Assembly: GCF_009914755.1 (NCBI RefSeq)
Contig: NC_060937.1
Reading direction: 5' to 3' (one strand)
DNA from: the human T2T-CHM13v2.0 reference genome, Homo sapiens
Length of the DNA: 64,000 nt
Shown: in pieces, positions 40,201 through 51,420 of the stretch
How positions within the stretch are numbered: position 1 is the first letter of the stretch
How the letters are laid out: every line of letters starts with the position of its first letter
Notes under the pieces: generated by a model
The model's database searches: none
What the model saw: the letters and a program-made list of their open reading frames with translations, nothing else
Told to the model about the DNA's origin: nothing
Made by a program: the position numbers and the translations under genes

Positions 40201-43200
40201 ATGGAATGGAATGGAATGGAATGGACACCAATGGAATACAATAGAATGGACTCGAATGGAATGGAATGTAATTGGATGGACTCCAAAGGAGTCGGATGGA
40301 ATACAATGGAATGGAATCCAATGGAATGAAATGGAATGGATTCGAATGGAATGGAATGCAATGGAATGGACTCGAAGGAATGGAATGGAAATGACTCAAA
40401 AGGACTTGAAGGGAATGGACCCGAATGGAATGAAATGGAATGGAATGGACTCGAATTGAATCCAATGGAATGGATTTGCCTCAAATGGAATGGAATGGAA
40501 TGGAATGGAATGGAATGGAATGGAATGGAAAAGAATGAAATGGAACAGAATGGACTGGATTGGAATGGGTTTGAATGGAATGGACTCGAATGGAATGGAA
40601 TGGAATGGACTCAAATGTAATAGCGTGGAACGGAATGGATTCGAATACAATGGAATGGAATGGACTCAAATAGAATGGAATTAGCTCGAACGGAATGGAG
40701 TGGAATGGACCCATATGGGATGGAATTGTATTGAATGGACTAGGATGGAATTTGTTGTAACAGAGTGGAATGAACTCGAATGGAATGGAATGAAAATGAA
40801 CGAAATGTGTTCAAATGGAATGGAATGGAATGGATTCGAATGGAATGGAGTGGAATGGAATGGAATGGAATGGAATGGACTTGAATGGAATGGATTGGAA
40901 TATACTGGACTTGAATTGAATGCCATGGAATGCACCCAAATGGAATGGAATGTTATGGAAAATAATGGACTCGAATGTAATGGAATGGAAAGGAATGGAC
41001 CAAATTGGATTGGAATGCAACGCAATGGAGTTGAATGGAATGGAATGGAATGGACTCTAATGGAATGGAATGGAAAGGAATGGAATGGAATGGACTGGAA
41101 TAGAATAGCATGTAATGCAATTGACTCGAATGCAATGGAGAGGAATGGACTTGAATGGAATGGAATGGAGTCGAACAGAATGGATTGGACTGCACTTGAA
41201 TGGAATGGAATGGAATTGAATGGACTCGAAAGGAATGGAATGTAACGGAACGGAATGAACTCGAATGGAATGGAATGGAAAGGAATGAACCTGAAAGGAA
41301 TGGAATGGAATGGATTGGACTCGAATCGAATGGAATGGAATGCAATTAAATGGACTCAAATTGAAAGGAATGCAATGGACCCGAATGGAATGGAAAAGAC
41401 TGGAATGGAATGGAATGCAATGGACTGGAATGGAATGGAATGGACTGGAATGGAAAGGAATGGATTCGAATGGAATACAAAGGAATGGAATGGACTGAAA
41501 TGGAATGGAATTGAGTGGACTGAAATGGAGGGGAATGGACTCGAATGAATGGAATGGAATTTAATGAAATGGATTCTAATGGAATGGAGACCAGTTGAAT
41601 GGAATGGAATGGACTCGAATGGAATGTAAAGGAATATACTCGAAGGGAATGAAATGCAATGGAATAAACTCGAATGGAATGGAATGGAATGGGCTCGAAA
41701 GGAATGTAACGGAATTGAATGGTCTCGAATGTGACGGAATTGAATTCAATGGAATAGAATCAAATGAAATGGAATCGAATTCACTCGAATGGAATTGAAG
41801 GGTATGGACCCGTATGGAATGGAATGGAATGGAATGGACTCGAATAGTATGGAATGGAAAGATATGGACTCGAATGGAACGGAATTGAAAGGAATGGACT
41901 TGAATGGAATGGAATGGAATGGATTCGAATTGAATGGTTTGGAAAGGAATGCACTTGAATGGAAAGGAATCAAATGGAATATAATGGAATGCAATGGACT
42001 CGAATGGAATGGAATGGAATGGACCCAAATGGAATGGATTGGACAGGAATGCAATGCAATTGAATGGAATGGACTGGAATGGAATAGAATGGAAGGGAAT
42101 GGACCGAAATGGAATGGAAATGTATGGACTCGAATGGAATAGAATGCAATGGACTCAAATGGAATGGAGTGGAATGGAATGGACTCGAAAGAAATGGAGT
42201 GGCATGGACTCGAAAAGAATGGAATGGAATGGAATGGAATGGATTGGACTCGAAAGGATTGGAATGGAATGAACTCGAGTGGAATGGAATGGAATAGAAT
42301 GGACACGAATGGAATGGAATGGAATGAAATTGAATGGATTCAAATTGAATGGAATGGAATGGAATGAAATGAACTCGAAGTTAATGGAATGGAAAGGAAT
42401 GGACTCAACGGAATGGAATGGAATGGCCTCAAACGGAATGCAATTGAATTGAATTTACTTGAAAGAAATATAATGGAATGGAATGGAATGGAATGGAATG
42501 GAATGGAATGGAATGGAATCAAATGGAATTAAATGGAATGGACTCGAATGGAATGGACTGGACTCGAATGGAATGGAATGGACTGCACACAGGTGGAATG
42601 GAATGGACTCAGGTGGAATGGAATGGAATCCAATGGACTCGAGGGGAGTGGAGTGGAATGGACTCAAACGGTATGGAACGGAATTGAATAGAATGGAAAG
42701 GAATGAAATGGACTCGACTGGAACGGAATGGCATGGAAATGAGTAGAACGTAATGGAATGGAAAAGAATGGACTCGAACGGAATGGAAAGGACTCAAACG
42801 GAACGGAAATTACTCAAATGCAATGGAATGAACTCGAATGGAATGGAATGAAATGGAATGGACTTGAATGGAAAAGAATGGAATTGAATGGAATGGACTT
42901 GAATGGAATGGAATGGACTCGAATTGAATTGAATGGAATGGACACGAATGGAGTGGAATGCAATTTAATGGATTCGTATGGAATGGAATGGACTCGAATG
43001 TATTGGAATGGAATGGAAATGACTCGAATGGTTTGGAATGGAATTGAATGGACCCGAAAGGAAAGGAATGAGATACGATGGAAAGGACTCGAATGAAATG
43101 GAATGGAATGCAATCGAAGTGAATGGAATGGATTCGAAGGGAATGAACTCGAATGGAACGGACCTGAATGGAATGGAATGGGATGGTATGGACTCGAATG

Positions 43201-46200
43201 GAATATAATATAATGTACTCGAATGGAATGGTATGCAATGGAAAGACCTTGAATGAAATGGAATGGAGAGGACCTGAATTGAATGGAATGGATTTGAATG
43301 GTCTCGAAAGAATGGAATGGAATGCAATGCAGTGGACTGGAATGCATTGGAATGGAATGGACTCAAATGGAATGGAATGGACTAGAAAGGAATTGAGTGG
43401 AATGGAACAGACTCGAATGGAATGGACTCGATTGGAATTGAATGGAATGGAATGGACTTGAGCGGAACGGAATGGAATGGACATGAATGGAAAAGAATGG
43501 CATGGACTCGAATGCAATGGAATGGAAAGGAATGGAAAGGAATTTATTGGAATGAAATGGAATGGAATGGAATGGAATGTTCTGGAATGCAGTGGAATGG
43601 AATGGGATTAAATGGAATGGAATGGAATGGAATGGACCTGAATAGAATGGAATGGAATGACTTGAATACAATGGAAGGGAATGGACTCGAATGGAATGGA
43701 GTGGAATGCATTCGACTGGAATGGAATGGAATTGAATGGACTTGAATCAAATGGAATATAATGCAATGGACTCGAATGGAATGGAATAGAATGGTCTCGA
43801 ATGGAATGGAATGGAATGAACTCAAAGGGAATGAATGGAATTTAGTCAAATGCAATGGAATTGACTCAAATGGAATGGAGTGCAATTTAATGGACTCGAA
43901 GGGAATGGAATGGAATGGAATTTAATGGACTCGAATGGAATGGAATGAAAAGGAATGGACTTGAATGGACTGGAATGGAATAAAGTGGACTCAAATGGAT
44001 TGGAATGGAATTGAATGGACTCAAAAGGAAAGGAATGGAATACGATGGAATTGACTCGAATGGATTGGAATGGAATGCAGTAGAATGGAATGGAATGGAC
44101 TCCAAAGGAATGGAGTGGAATGGAATGGACTCGAATGGATAAAATTGAATGGGATGGACTTGAATGGAATGGAATGGGATGGACTTGAATGGAATGGCAT
44201 GCAATGGAAAGTTCTTGAATGGAATGGAAAAGAAAGTATTCGAATGGAATGGAATGGAATTGAACGCACTAGAAAAAATGGAATGGAATGCAATCAAATG
44301 GACTGGAATGGATTGGAATGGAATGGACTCGAATGGAATGGAATGGAATCGAAAGGAATGGAAAGGAATGGATTGGACTCCAATGGAATGTAATGGAATA
44401 GACTCGAATGAAATTGAATGGAATGGAATGGACTCGAAAGGAATGGAATGTAATGGAACGGATATGAATGAAATGGAATTGAATGGACTCAAATGCAATG
44501 GAATGGAATGGAATGCACTCGAATGCAATGGAATGGATTGGAATGGAATGGAATGGACCTGAATAGAATGGAAAGTAATGGACTCCATAGGAATGGAATG
44601 TAATGGACGCGAATGGAATGAAATGGAAAGGAATGGAGCCTAATTGAATGGAATGAAATGCAACGGAATTGAATAGACTCGCATGGAATTGAATGGAATG
44701 GAATGGATTCGAATGGAATGGAATGCAATGAAATGGAGACGAATGGAATGGAATGGAATGGAGGGAAGTTGAATAAAGTGGAATGGAATGGAATGAAATT
44801 GAATGGAATGGAATGAACTTGAATGGAATGGAATGGAATGAACACAGATGGAATGGAATGTAATGGAAAGGAATACACTCAAATGTAATGCAATGTAATG
44901 TAATAGAAAGTAATGGACTCGAATTGAATGGAATGGAATGGACTCGAATGGAAAGGAAAGGTATCGAATGGAATAGAATGGAATGGAATGGACTCCAGTG
45001 AAATGGAATGCACTCAAATGGAATGGAATGGAATGAAAAGAATGGAATGGACTCGAATGGAATGGATTGGAGTGGAATGAACTCTAATGGAATGGAAGGT
45101 AATGGAATGGAATGGAGTCAAAAGGAATGGAATGGAATGGAAAGGAATGGACTCGAACAGAATGGAATGGAATACAATGGATTCGAATGAAATGGAAAGG
45201 TATGGAATGGACTCGAATGGAATGGAATGGTCTCCAATGGAATGAAATGAAATGGAATGGAATGGAAAGAAATGGAATGGAATGGAATGGACTCGAATGC
45301 AATGGGAGGGAAAGGACACAAATTCAATAGAATGGAATGGAAACTAATGTAATGGAATGAATTGGAATGGACTCGAATGGAATGGAATGGAATGCAGTCA
45401 AATGGAATGGCATGGCATAGAACGGTTTGGAATGGAATGGAATCGAATGGAATGGAATGGAATGAAGTGGAATTGACTTGAATGGATTAGAATGGACTCG
45501 AAAAGAATGGAATGGAATGGAATGGAATGGAATGGAATGGAATTTATTGGTCTCGAATGGATTGGAATGGAATGGAATGGACTCGAATGCAATGGAATGG
45601 AATGGAATGGAATGGAATGGAATGGAATGGAATGGAATGGCATGGAATTGCCCTGAATCGAGTGGAGTGGAATGGAATGGAATCTAATGGAATAGAATGG
45701 AATGGACTTGAATTGAATGCAATGTAATTTAATGGACTCATAAGGAATGGAATGAAATGCGATGGAATGGACTCGAATGGAATGGAATGGAATGCACCCG
45801 AATGGAATGGAATGGACTCGAATGGAATTGATTGGAATTTAATGGACTAGAATGGATTTGAATAGAATGCACTCGAATGGAATGGAATGGACTCAAATGT
45901 AATGGAGTGGAATATAATGGAATAGAATGGAATGGAATGGAATGGAACGAACTCAAATGGAATGGAGTGGAATGGGCTCGAATGGGATGGATTCGAATGG
46001 AATGGAATCGAATGGAATGGAATGGACTCTAATGGAACGTAATGGAATGGACTCGAATGGAATGGAATGAAATGGAATCGATTGGAATTGAATGGAATGG
46101 AATGGACTCGAACGGAATCGAATATAATGGAACTGAAATGAATGGAAAAGAACGTAACGGAAAGGAATCAAATGCAGTGGGATGGGATGGAATGGAATGG

Positions 46201-48173
46201 AATGGAATGGAATGGAATGGAATGGAATGGATTGGAATGGAATGGACCTGAGTGGAATGGAATTGAATGGACTCGACTGGAATTAAATGGAATGGAATGG
46301 ACTCAAATGGCATGCAATGTACTCGAATAGAATTGAATGTAATGGACTCGAATGGAAAGTAATGGAATGGAATGGAATCTAATGGGATACAATGGAATTT
46401 AATGGAATTGACTCGAATGGAATTGAATGGAATAGAACCGAATGGAATGGAGTGGAATGGACTAGAATAGAATGAAATGTAATGGACTCGAATGCAATGG
46501 AATGGAAAGGACTTGAATGGAATACAATGGAATGGACTTGAATGGAATGGAATGGAATTGACTCGAATGGAATTGAATGGAATGGACAGAATGGAATGAA
46601 TTGGAATGGAATGGAATGGACTCGAATGGAATGGAATGGAATGGACTCGAATGAAATATAATGGATTTGATTGGACACAAAGGGAATGGAATGTACACGA
46701 GTGGAACGGACTCGAATGGAATGGAATGGAATGGAGGATTCAAAAGGAATAGAATGGATTGGAATGGACTCTAATGGAAAGGAATGGAATGGACTCGAAT
46801 GAAATGGAATGGACTCAAATAGAATGGAATGGAATCGAATCGAATAGAATGGAATGGAATGGAATGTCCTCGAATGGAATGAAATGGAATGGAGTCGAAT
46901 GGAATGGAGTAGAATGGAATGGACTCGAAAGGAGTGGAGTGGAATGGATTCGAATAAAAAGGATGGAATTGAATGGACTCAAATGGAGTGGAATGAACCG
47001 ATTGGAATGGACTAGAATGGAATGAAATGTAATGGAATGAAATGGACTCGAATGGAATGGAATGGAATGAAATGGAATGGATTGGAATTTTATGTAATAT
47101 ATTTGAATGGACTCGAATGGAATGCAATTGAATTGAATGGACTCGAAAGGAATTAAATGGCAAGGAATGGAATGGAATCGAATAGAATGGACTCAACTGG
47201 AATGGAATGGACTCGAATTGAAGGGAGTGCCCTCGAATGGAATGAATGGAATGGAATCAATTCGAGTGGAATGGAATACGGAATGTAACGGAATGGACTC
47301 GGGTGGAATGGACTGGAATAGAATGGACTGGAATGGAATGGAATGCAACCGAAAGGAATGGACTGGAATGGAATGGACTCGAATGGAAAGGAACGGATGG
47401 AATGCAATGGACTCGAATGGAATGGAATGGAATGGAGGGACTAGAGTTGAATAGAATACAATGGACTCGCATGGAACGGAATGCCCTCGAATGGAATGGA
47501 ATGGAATGGAGTCAACTCGAGTGCAATGGAATATGTAATAGAATGGAATGGACACGAGTGGAATGGGCTGGAATGGAATGGAATAGAATGGAATGGAATG
47601 CACTCGAATAGAATGTAATGGAATGGACTCGAATGGAATGGAATGGACACGAATGGAATGCAATGGAATAGACTAGAATGGAATGGAATAGAATTGACTC
47701 GACTGGAATGGAATGGAGTCTAATAGAATGTAATGGAATGGAATGGAATGGAATGGAATGGACTCGAATGGAATGCAATGGAATGGCCCCGAATGGATTG
47801 CAATGGAATTGACTCGAATGGAATGGAATGGAATGGAATAGACCCTAATGGAATGCAATGGAAAGGAATGGTATGTAGTCTAATGGAGTGGAATGGAATG
47901 GACTGGAATGGACTCAAATGCAATGTAATGGAATTTAATGGACACGAATGGAATGGAATGGACTCGAATGGAATGGACGCGAATGGAATGGAATAGAATG
48001 GATTCAAAAGGAATAGAATGGATTGTAATGGTCTCGAATGGAATAGAATGGAATGGAATGGACTCGAATAAAATAGAATGGAATAGAATGGAATGGAATG
48101 GACTCGCATGGAATGAAATGGAATGGAGTCAAATGGAATGGAGTCTAAAGGATTCGAATGAAATGGAATGGAA
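31259..48173 (+). repeat. HSat3 satellite, domain B (left of L1): (GGAAT)n interspersed with GGACTCGAAT
   Basis: GGAAT pentamers are punctuated every few units by GGACTCGAAT and its variants (GGACTCAAAT, GGACTTGAAT, GGACCCGAAT, GGACACGAAT). There are no long GGAGT runs and no domain A landmark. Rare Satellite III-like CAACTCGAGT decamers occur (~34272, ~47513). Confidence 0.95.
31330..42200 (+). repeat. Diverged higher-order repeat, ~3.4-3.5 kb period, about three copies plus start of a fourth
   Basis: Collinear rare anchors: GAAAAGACT 31514/34949/38349/41393; CTCGAGTAG 31971/35401/38856 (variant 41839); (AGA)CACGAATGAA 32091/35531/39021; CTCGTATGGAAT(G/A)GAGTGGCATGG 32311/35750/39236; G(G/T)CCAGGAA 32922/36579/39882. 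Confidence 0.85.
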
Positions 48174-48204
48174 TTTTTTTTCTTTTTTTTATTTTGTTTT
48201 ATTT
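48174..48204 (-). repeat. L1 poly(A) tail, ~31 nt, interrupted
   Basis: + strand TTTTTTTTCTTTTTTTTATTTTGTTTTATTT lies directly adjacent to the L1 3' end. Confidence 0.92.
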
Positions 48205-48210
48205 TTTATT
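48205..48210 (-). terminator. L1 polyadenylation signal AATAAA
   Basis: TTTATT on + at 48205-48210, abutting the tail as is canonical for L1 (AAAGTATAATAAAAA). Confidence 0.85.
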
Positions 48211-48335
48211 ATACTTTAAGTTTTAGGGTACATGTGCTCATTGTGCAGGTTAGTTACATATGTATACATGTGCCATGCTGGTGCACTGCACCCACTAACT
48301 CATCATCTAGCATTAAGTATATATCCCGATGCTAT

Positions 48336-48369
48336 CCCTCCCCCCTCCCCCCACCCCACAACAGTCCCC
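48336..48369 (-). other. L1 3'UTR G-rich polypurine tract (G-quadruplex-capable)
   Basis: + strand CCCTCCCCCCTCCCCCCACCCCACAACAGTCCCC gives five runs of 3 or more G on the minus strand; a conserved feature of young L1 3'UTRs. Confidence 0.8.
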
Positions 48370-48412
48370 AGAGTGTGATATTCCCCTTCCTGTGTCCATG
48401 TGATCTCATTGT

Positions 48413-48814
48413 TCAATTCCCACCTATGAGTGAGAATATGCGGTGTTTGGTTTTCTGTTCTTGCGATAGTTTACTGAGAATGATGATTTCCAATTTCATC
48501 CACGTCCCTACAAAGGACATGAACTCATCATTTTTTATGGCTGCATAGTATTCCATGGTGTATATGTGCCACATTTTCTTGATCCAGTCTATCACTGTTG
48601 GACATTTGGGTTGGTTCCAAGTCTTTGCTATTGTGAATAATGCCGCAATAAACATACGTGTGCATGTGTCTTTATAGCAGCATGATTTATATTCCTTTGG
48701 GTATATACCCAGTAATGGGATGGCTGGGTCAAATGGTATTTCTAGTTCTAGATCCCTGAGGAATCGCCACACTGACTTCCACAATGGTTGAACTAGTTTA
48801 CAGTCCCACCAACA
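48413..48814 (-). pseudogene. L1 ORF2p C-terminal fragment (133 codons plus native TGA); no endonuclease or RT domain
   Basis: Translates CWWDCKLVQPLWKSVWRFLRDLELEIPFDPAIPLLGIYP...QEQKTKHRIFSLIGGN*, the known C-terminus of L1 ORF2p. It begins inside the CX3CX7HX4C knuckle and has no frameshift or internal stop. It cannot be functional alone. Confidence 0.95.
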
Positions 48815-48816
48815 AT

Positions 48817-48821
48817 GAATT
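48817..48821. repeat. Candidate target-site duplication GAATT (partner at 48171-48175)
   Basis: Left flank ...AATGGAATT then poly(T); right flank AACA|ATGAATTGAATGGACTCG. GAATT matches exactly; ATG(G)AATT matches with one indel. Ambiguous because the flanks are satellite. Confidence 0.5.
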
Positions 48822-50509
48822 GAATGGACTCGAATGGAATGGAATGTAGCCGATTTGAATGGACTCGAATGGAAAGGAATGTACTGGAATGATATGGACT
48901 CGAATTGAATGGAATGGATTGGAATGGAATGAAATGGACTCGAAAGGAATGGAATGGAATGGCATGAAATGGAATGCAATGGAATGGAATGAAACGGAAT
49001 GCAATGGAATGGAGTGAAATTGAATGGACTCGAATGGAATGCAATTGAATTGAATGGATTCAAAAGGAATGGAATGGAATGGAATGGAATGTACTCGAAT
49101 GGAATGGAATGGAATCAACTCGAGTGAAATATGGAAAGGAATGGAATGGACTCGAGTGGAATGGGCTGGAATGGAATGGACCCGAAAAGAATGGAGTAGA
49201 ATGGAATGGACTCGAATGCAACGGACACGAATGCAATGCAATGGACTCGAATGGAATGGAAAGGAATGGATCCTAATGGAATGGAATGGAATGGACTTGA
49301 AAGGAATGGAAATGAATGGACCCGAATGAAATGGAATGGAATGTATTGGAATGTACTGGAATGGAATGGAATGAAATGGAGTGGAATGGACTTGCCTGGA
49401 ATAGAATGGAATGGAACAGAACGGACTCGAAGGGAATGGAATGAAAGGGACTCGAATGGAATAGAATTGAATGGAATCGAAAGGAATTGAGTGGAATGGA
49501 ATGGGCTCGAATGGAATGGAATGTAAGGTACAAGAATAGAATGGAATGGACTAGAATAAAATGGAAGGAAACGGACCCAATTGGAATGGATGGGAATGGA
49601 ATGGAATGGAATGTACTTGAATGGAATGGAACGGAATGGAATGTACTTGAATGGAATGGAATGGAATGGAATGCAATGGACTTGAATGGAAGAGAATGGA
49701 ATGGAATGGAACGGACATGAACAGAATGCAGTGGAATGGACTCGAATGGAATGGAATAGACTCGAATGGAATGGAATGGAATTTAATTGAACGGACTCTA
49801 ATGGAATGGAATCTAATGGAATGGAATGGAATGGACTCGAACTGAATAGAATGGAATGGACTCGAATGGAATGGAATGGAATGGACACGAAAGTAATGGA
49901 ATGGAATGGATTTGAATGAAATGGAATGGAATTGAATGGTCTCGAAAGGAATGAAATGGAATGCAAAGGATTGGACTTGAATGGAATTGAATGGAATTGA
50001 CTCAAAGGGAATAGAATGGAATGCACCCTAATGGAATGGACTGGAATGGAATGGATTCGAATGGAATGGATTGGAATGGAATGGACCCAAATGGAATGGA
50101 ATGGAATCTAATCGATTCGAGTGCAATGGAATGGAAAGGAATGGACCCGAATGGATTGGAATGGAATCTAATCGATTTGAGTGCAATGGAATGGAAAGGA
50201 ATGGACCCGAATGGATTGGAATGGAATTGCCTCGAATGGAATAAACGGAAAGGACTCAAATGCAATGCAATGGAATGGATTCAAATGGAATGCAGTGGAA
50301 AGGAATCAAACGAAATGGAATGGAATTGATTGGACTTGAATCAAATGGAACGTAATGTTATGGAATGGACTAGAATAGAATGGAATGAATGGAATGAAAT
50401 GGAGTCGAATGGAATAGAATGGAATGGAGGCACTCGAATGAAATGGAATGGAATGGAAGAGAATGCAATGGAATGAACTGGAATGGAATCTAATGGACTC
50501 GAAAGGAAT

Positions 50510-51420
50510 GGAAAGGAATTTAATGGTATGGTGTCGAAAATCATGGAATGGAATGGACTCAAAAGTAATGGAATGGAATTGAAAAGAAGTGAGAGGAATG
50601 GAAAGGAATAGTATGGGCATGAATGTAATTGAATGGAATGGAATGGAAAGAAATGGTATCGAATGGTATGGAATGGAATGGACCCGAAAGGAATGGAAAG
50701 GAATGGAATGGAAAGGATTCGAATGGAGTAGAATGTAATGGAGTGGAGTGGAATGGAATGGAATGGACTCGAATGGAATGGAATGGAATGTACCCGAATG
50801 GAATGGAATGGACAGGAATGGAATGCAATAATGTGGAATGGAAAGGACTTGAATGGAATAGAATGGAATGGAATGGAATGGACTCAAAAGGAATGGGATG
50901 GAATGGACTCGAATGGAATGGAATGCACACGAATGGAATGGAATGGAGTCTAATGGACTTGAAAGGAATGGAACGGAATTTAATGGTATGGTATCGAAAA
51001 TAATGGAATGGAATGGACTCAGATGGAATGGAATGGACTCGAAAGTAGTGGAATGGAATTGAAAAGAAGTGAGTGGAATGGAATGGAATAGTATGGGCAC
51101 GAATGTAATGTAATGGAACGGAATTGAAAGAAATGGACTGGAATGGAATGGAAAGAAATGGGCTCGAATGGAATGGAATGGAATGGACATGAAAGGAATG
51201 GAAAGGAATGGAATGGAAGGGATTCGAATGGAGTAGAATGTAATGGAGTGGAGTGGAATGGAATGGAATGGACTCGAATGGAATGGAATGGAATGTACCC
51301 AAATGGAATGGAATGGACAGGAATGGAATGTAATAATGTCGAATGGAAAGGACTTGAATGGAATAGAATGGAATGGAATGGAATGGACTCGAAAGGAATG
51401 GAATGGAATGGACTCAAATG
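50510..51420 (+). repeat. Tandem duplication, ~460-505 bp
   Basis: TAATGGTATGGT(G/A)TCGAAAAT 50521/50981; GAAAAGAAGTGAG 50581/51061; GTATGGGCA and GTACCC (50790/51295) are also repeated. Confidence 0.88.

Larger units (their letters stand above)
48174..48814 (-). mobile_element. 5'-truncated LINE-1 (about 640 bp), probably L1PA2
   Basis: Poly(T) on + is followed by TTATTATACTTTAAGTTTTAGGGTACATGTG, the reverse complement of the primate L1 3' end, then 3'UTR and ORF2 C-terminus. Minus strand shows GAG at 48299-48301 (L1HS Ta has ACA, pre-Ta ACG) and A, not G, at 48216, so it is not L1HS-Ta. GATATTCCCC, GTGATCTCATT and GAGAATATGCGG match the young L1PA2/L1HS type as I recall the consensi. L1 identity is certain; the subfamily call is from memory. 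Confidence 0.97.

Noticed and set aside
31330-42200. Assignment to DYZ1/Yq12 or any specific chromosome
   Set aside because: The period is similar, but the copies are heavily diverged and unit length alone is not diagnostic. This needs alignment to a reference.
48168-48548. 126-aa plus-strand ORF MEFFFFFLFCF...
   Set aside because: Antisense reading of the L1 poly(A) tail, 3'UTR and ORF2 end; a common spurious ORF and not a membrane protein.
48174-48814. Active or human-specific L1HS-Ta, or proof the sample is human
   Set aside because: Has GAG rather than ACA/ACG and A rather than G at the 3'UTR diagnostic sites, and is 5'-truncated. The species cannot be fixed beyond a likely great ape.
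48413-49063. 216-aa satellite-ORF2 fusion protein
   Set aside because: Starts at TTG with no AUG before the L1 part, has no promoter, and lacks EN and RT domains. Recorded only as a pseudogene fragment.
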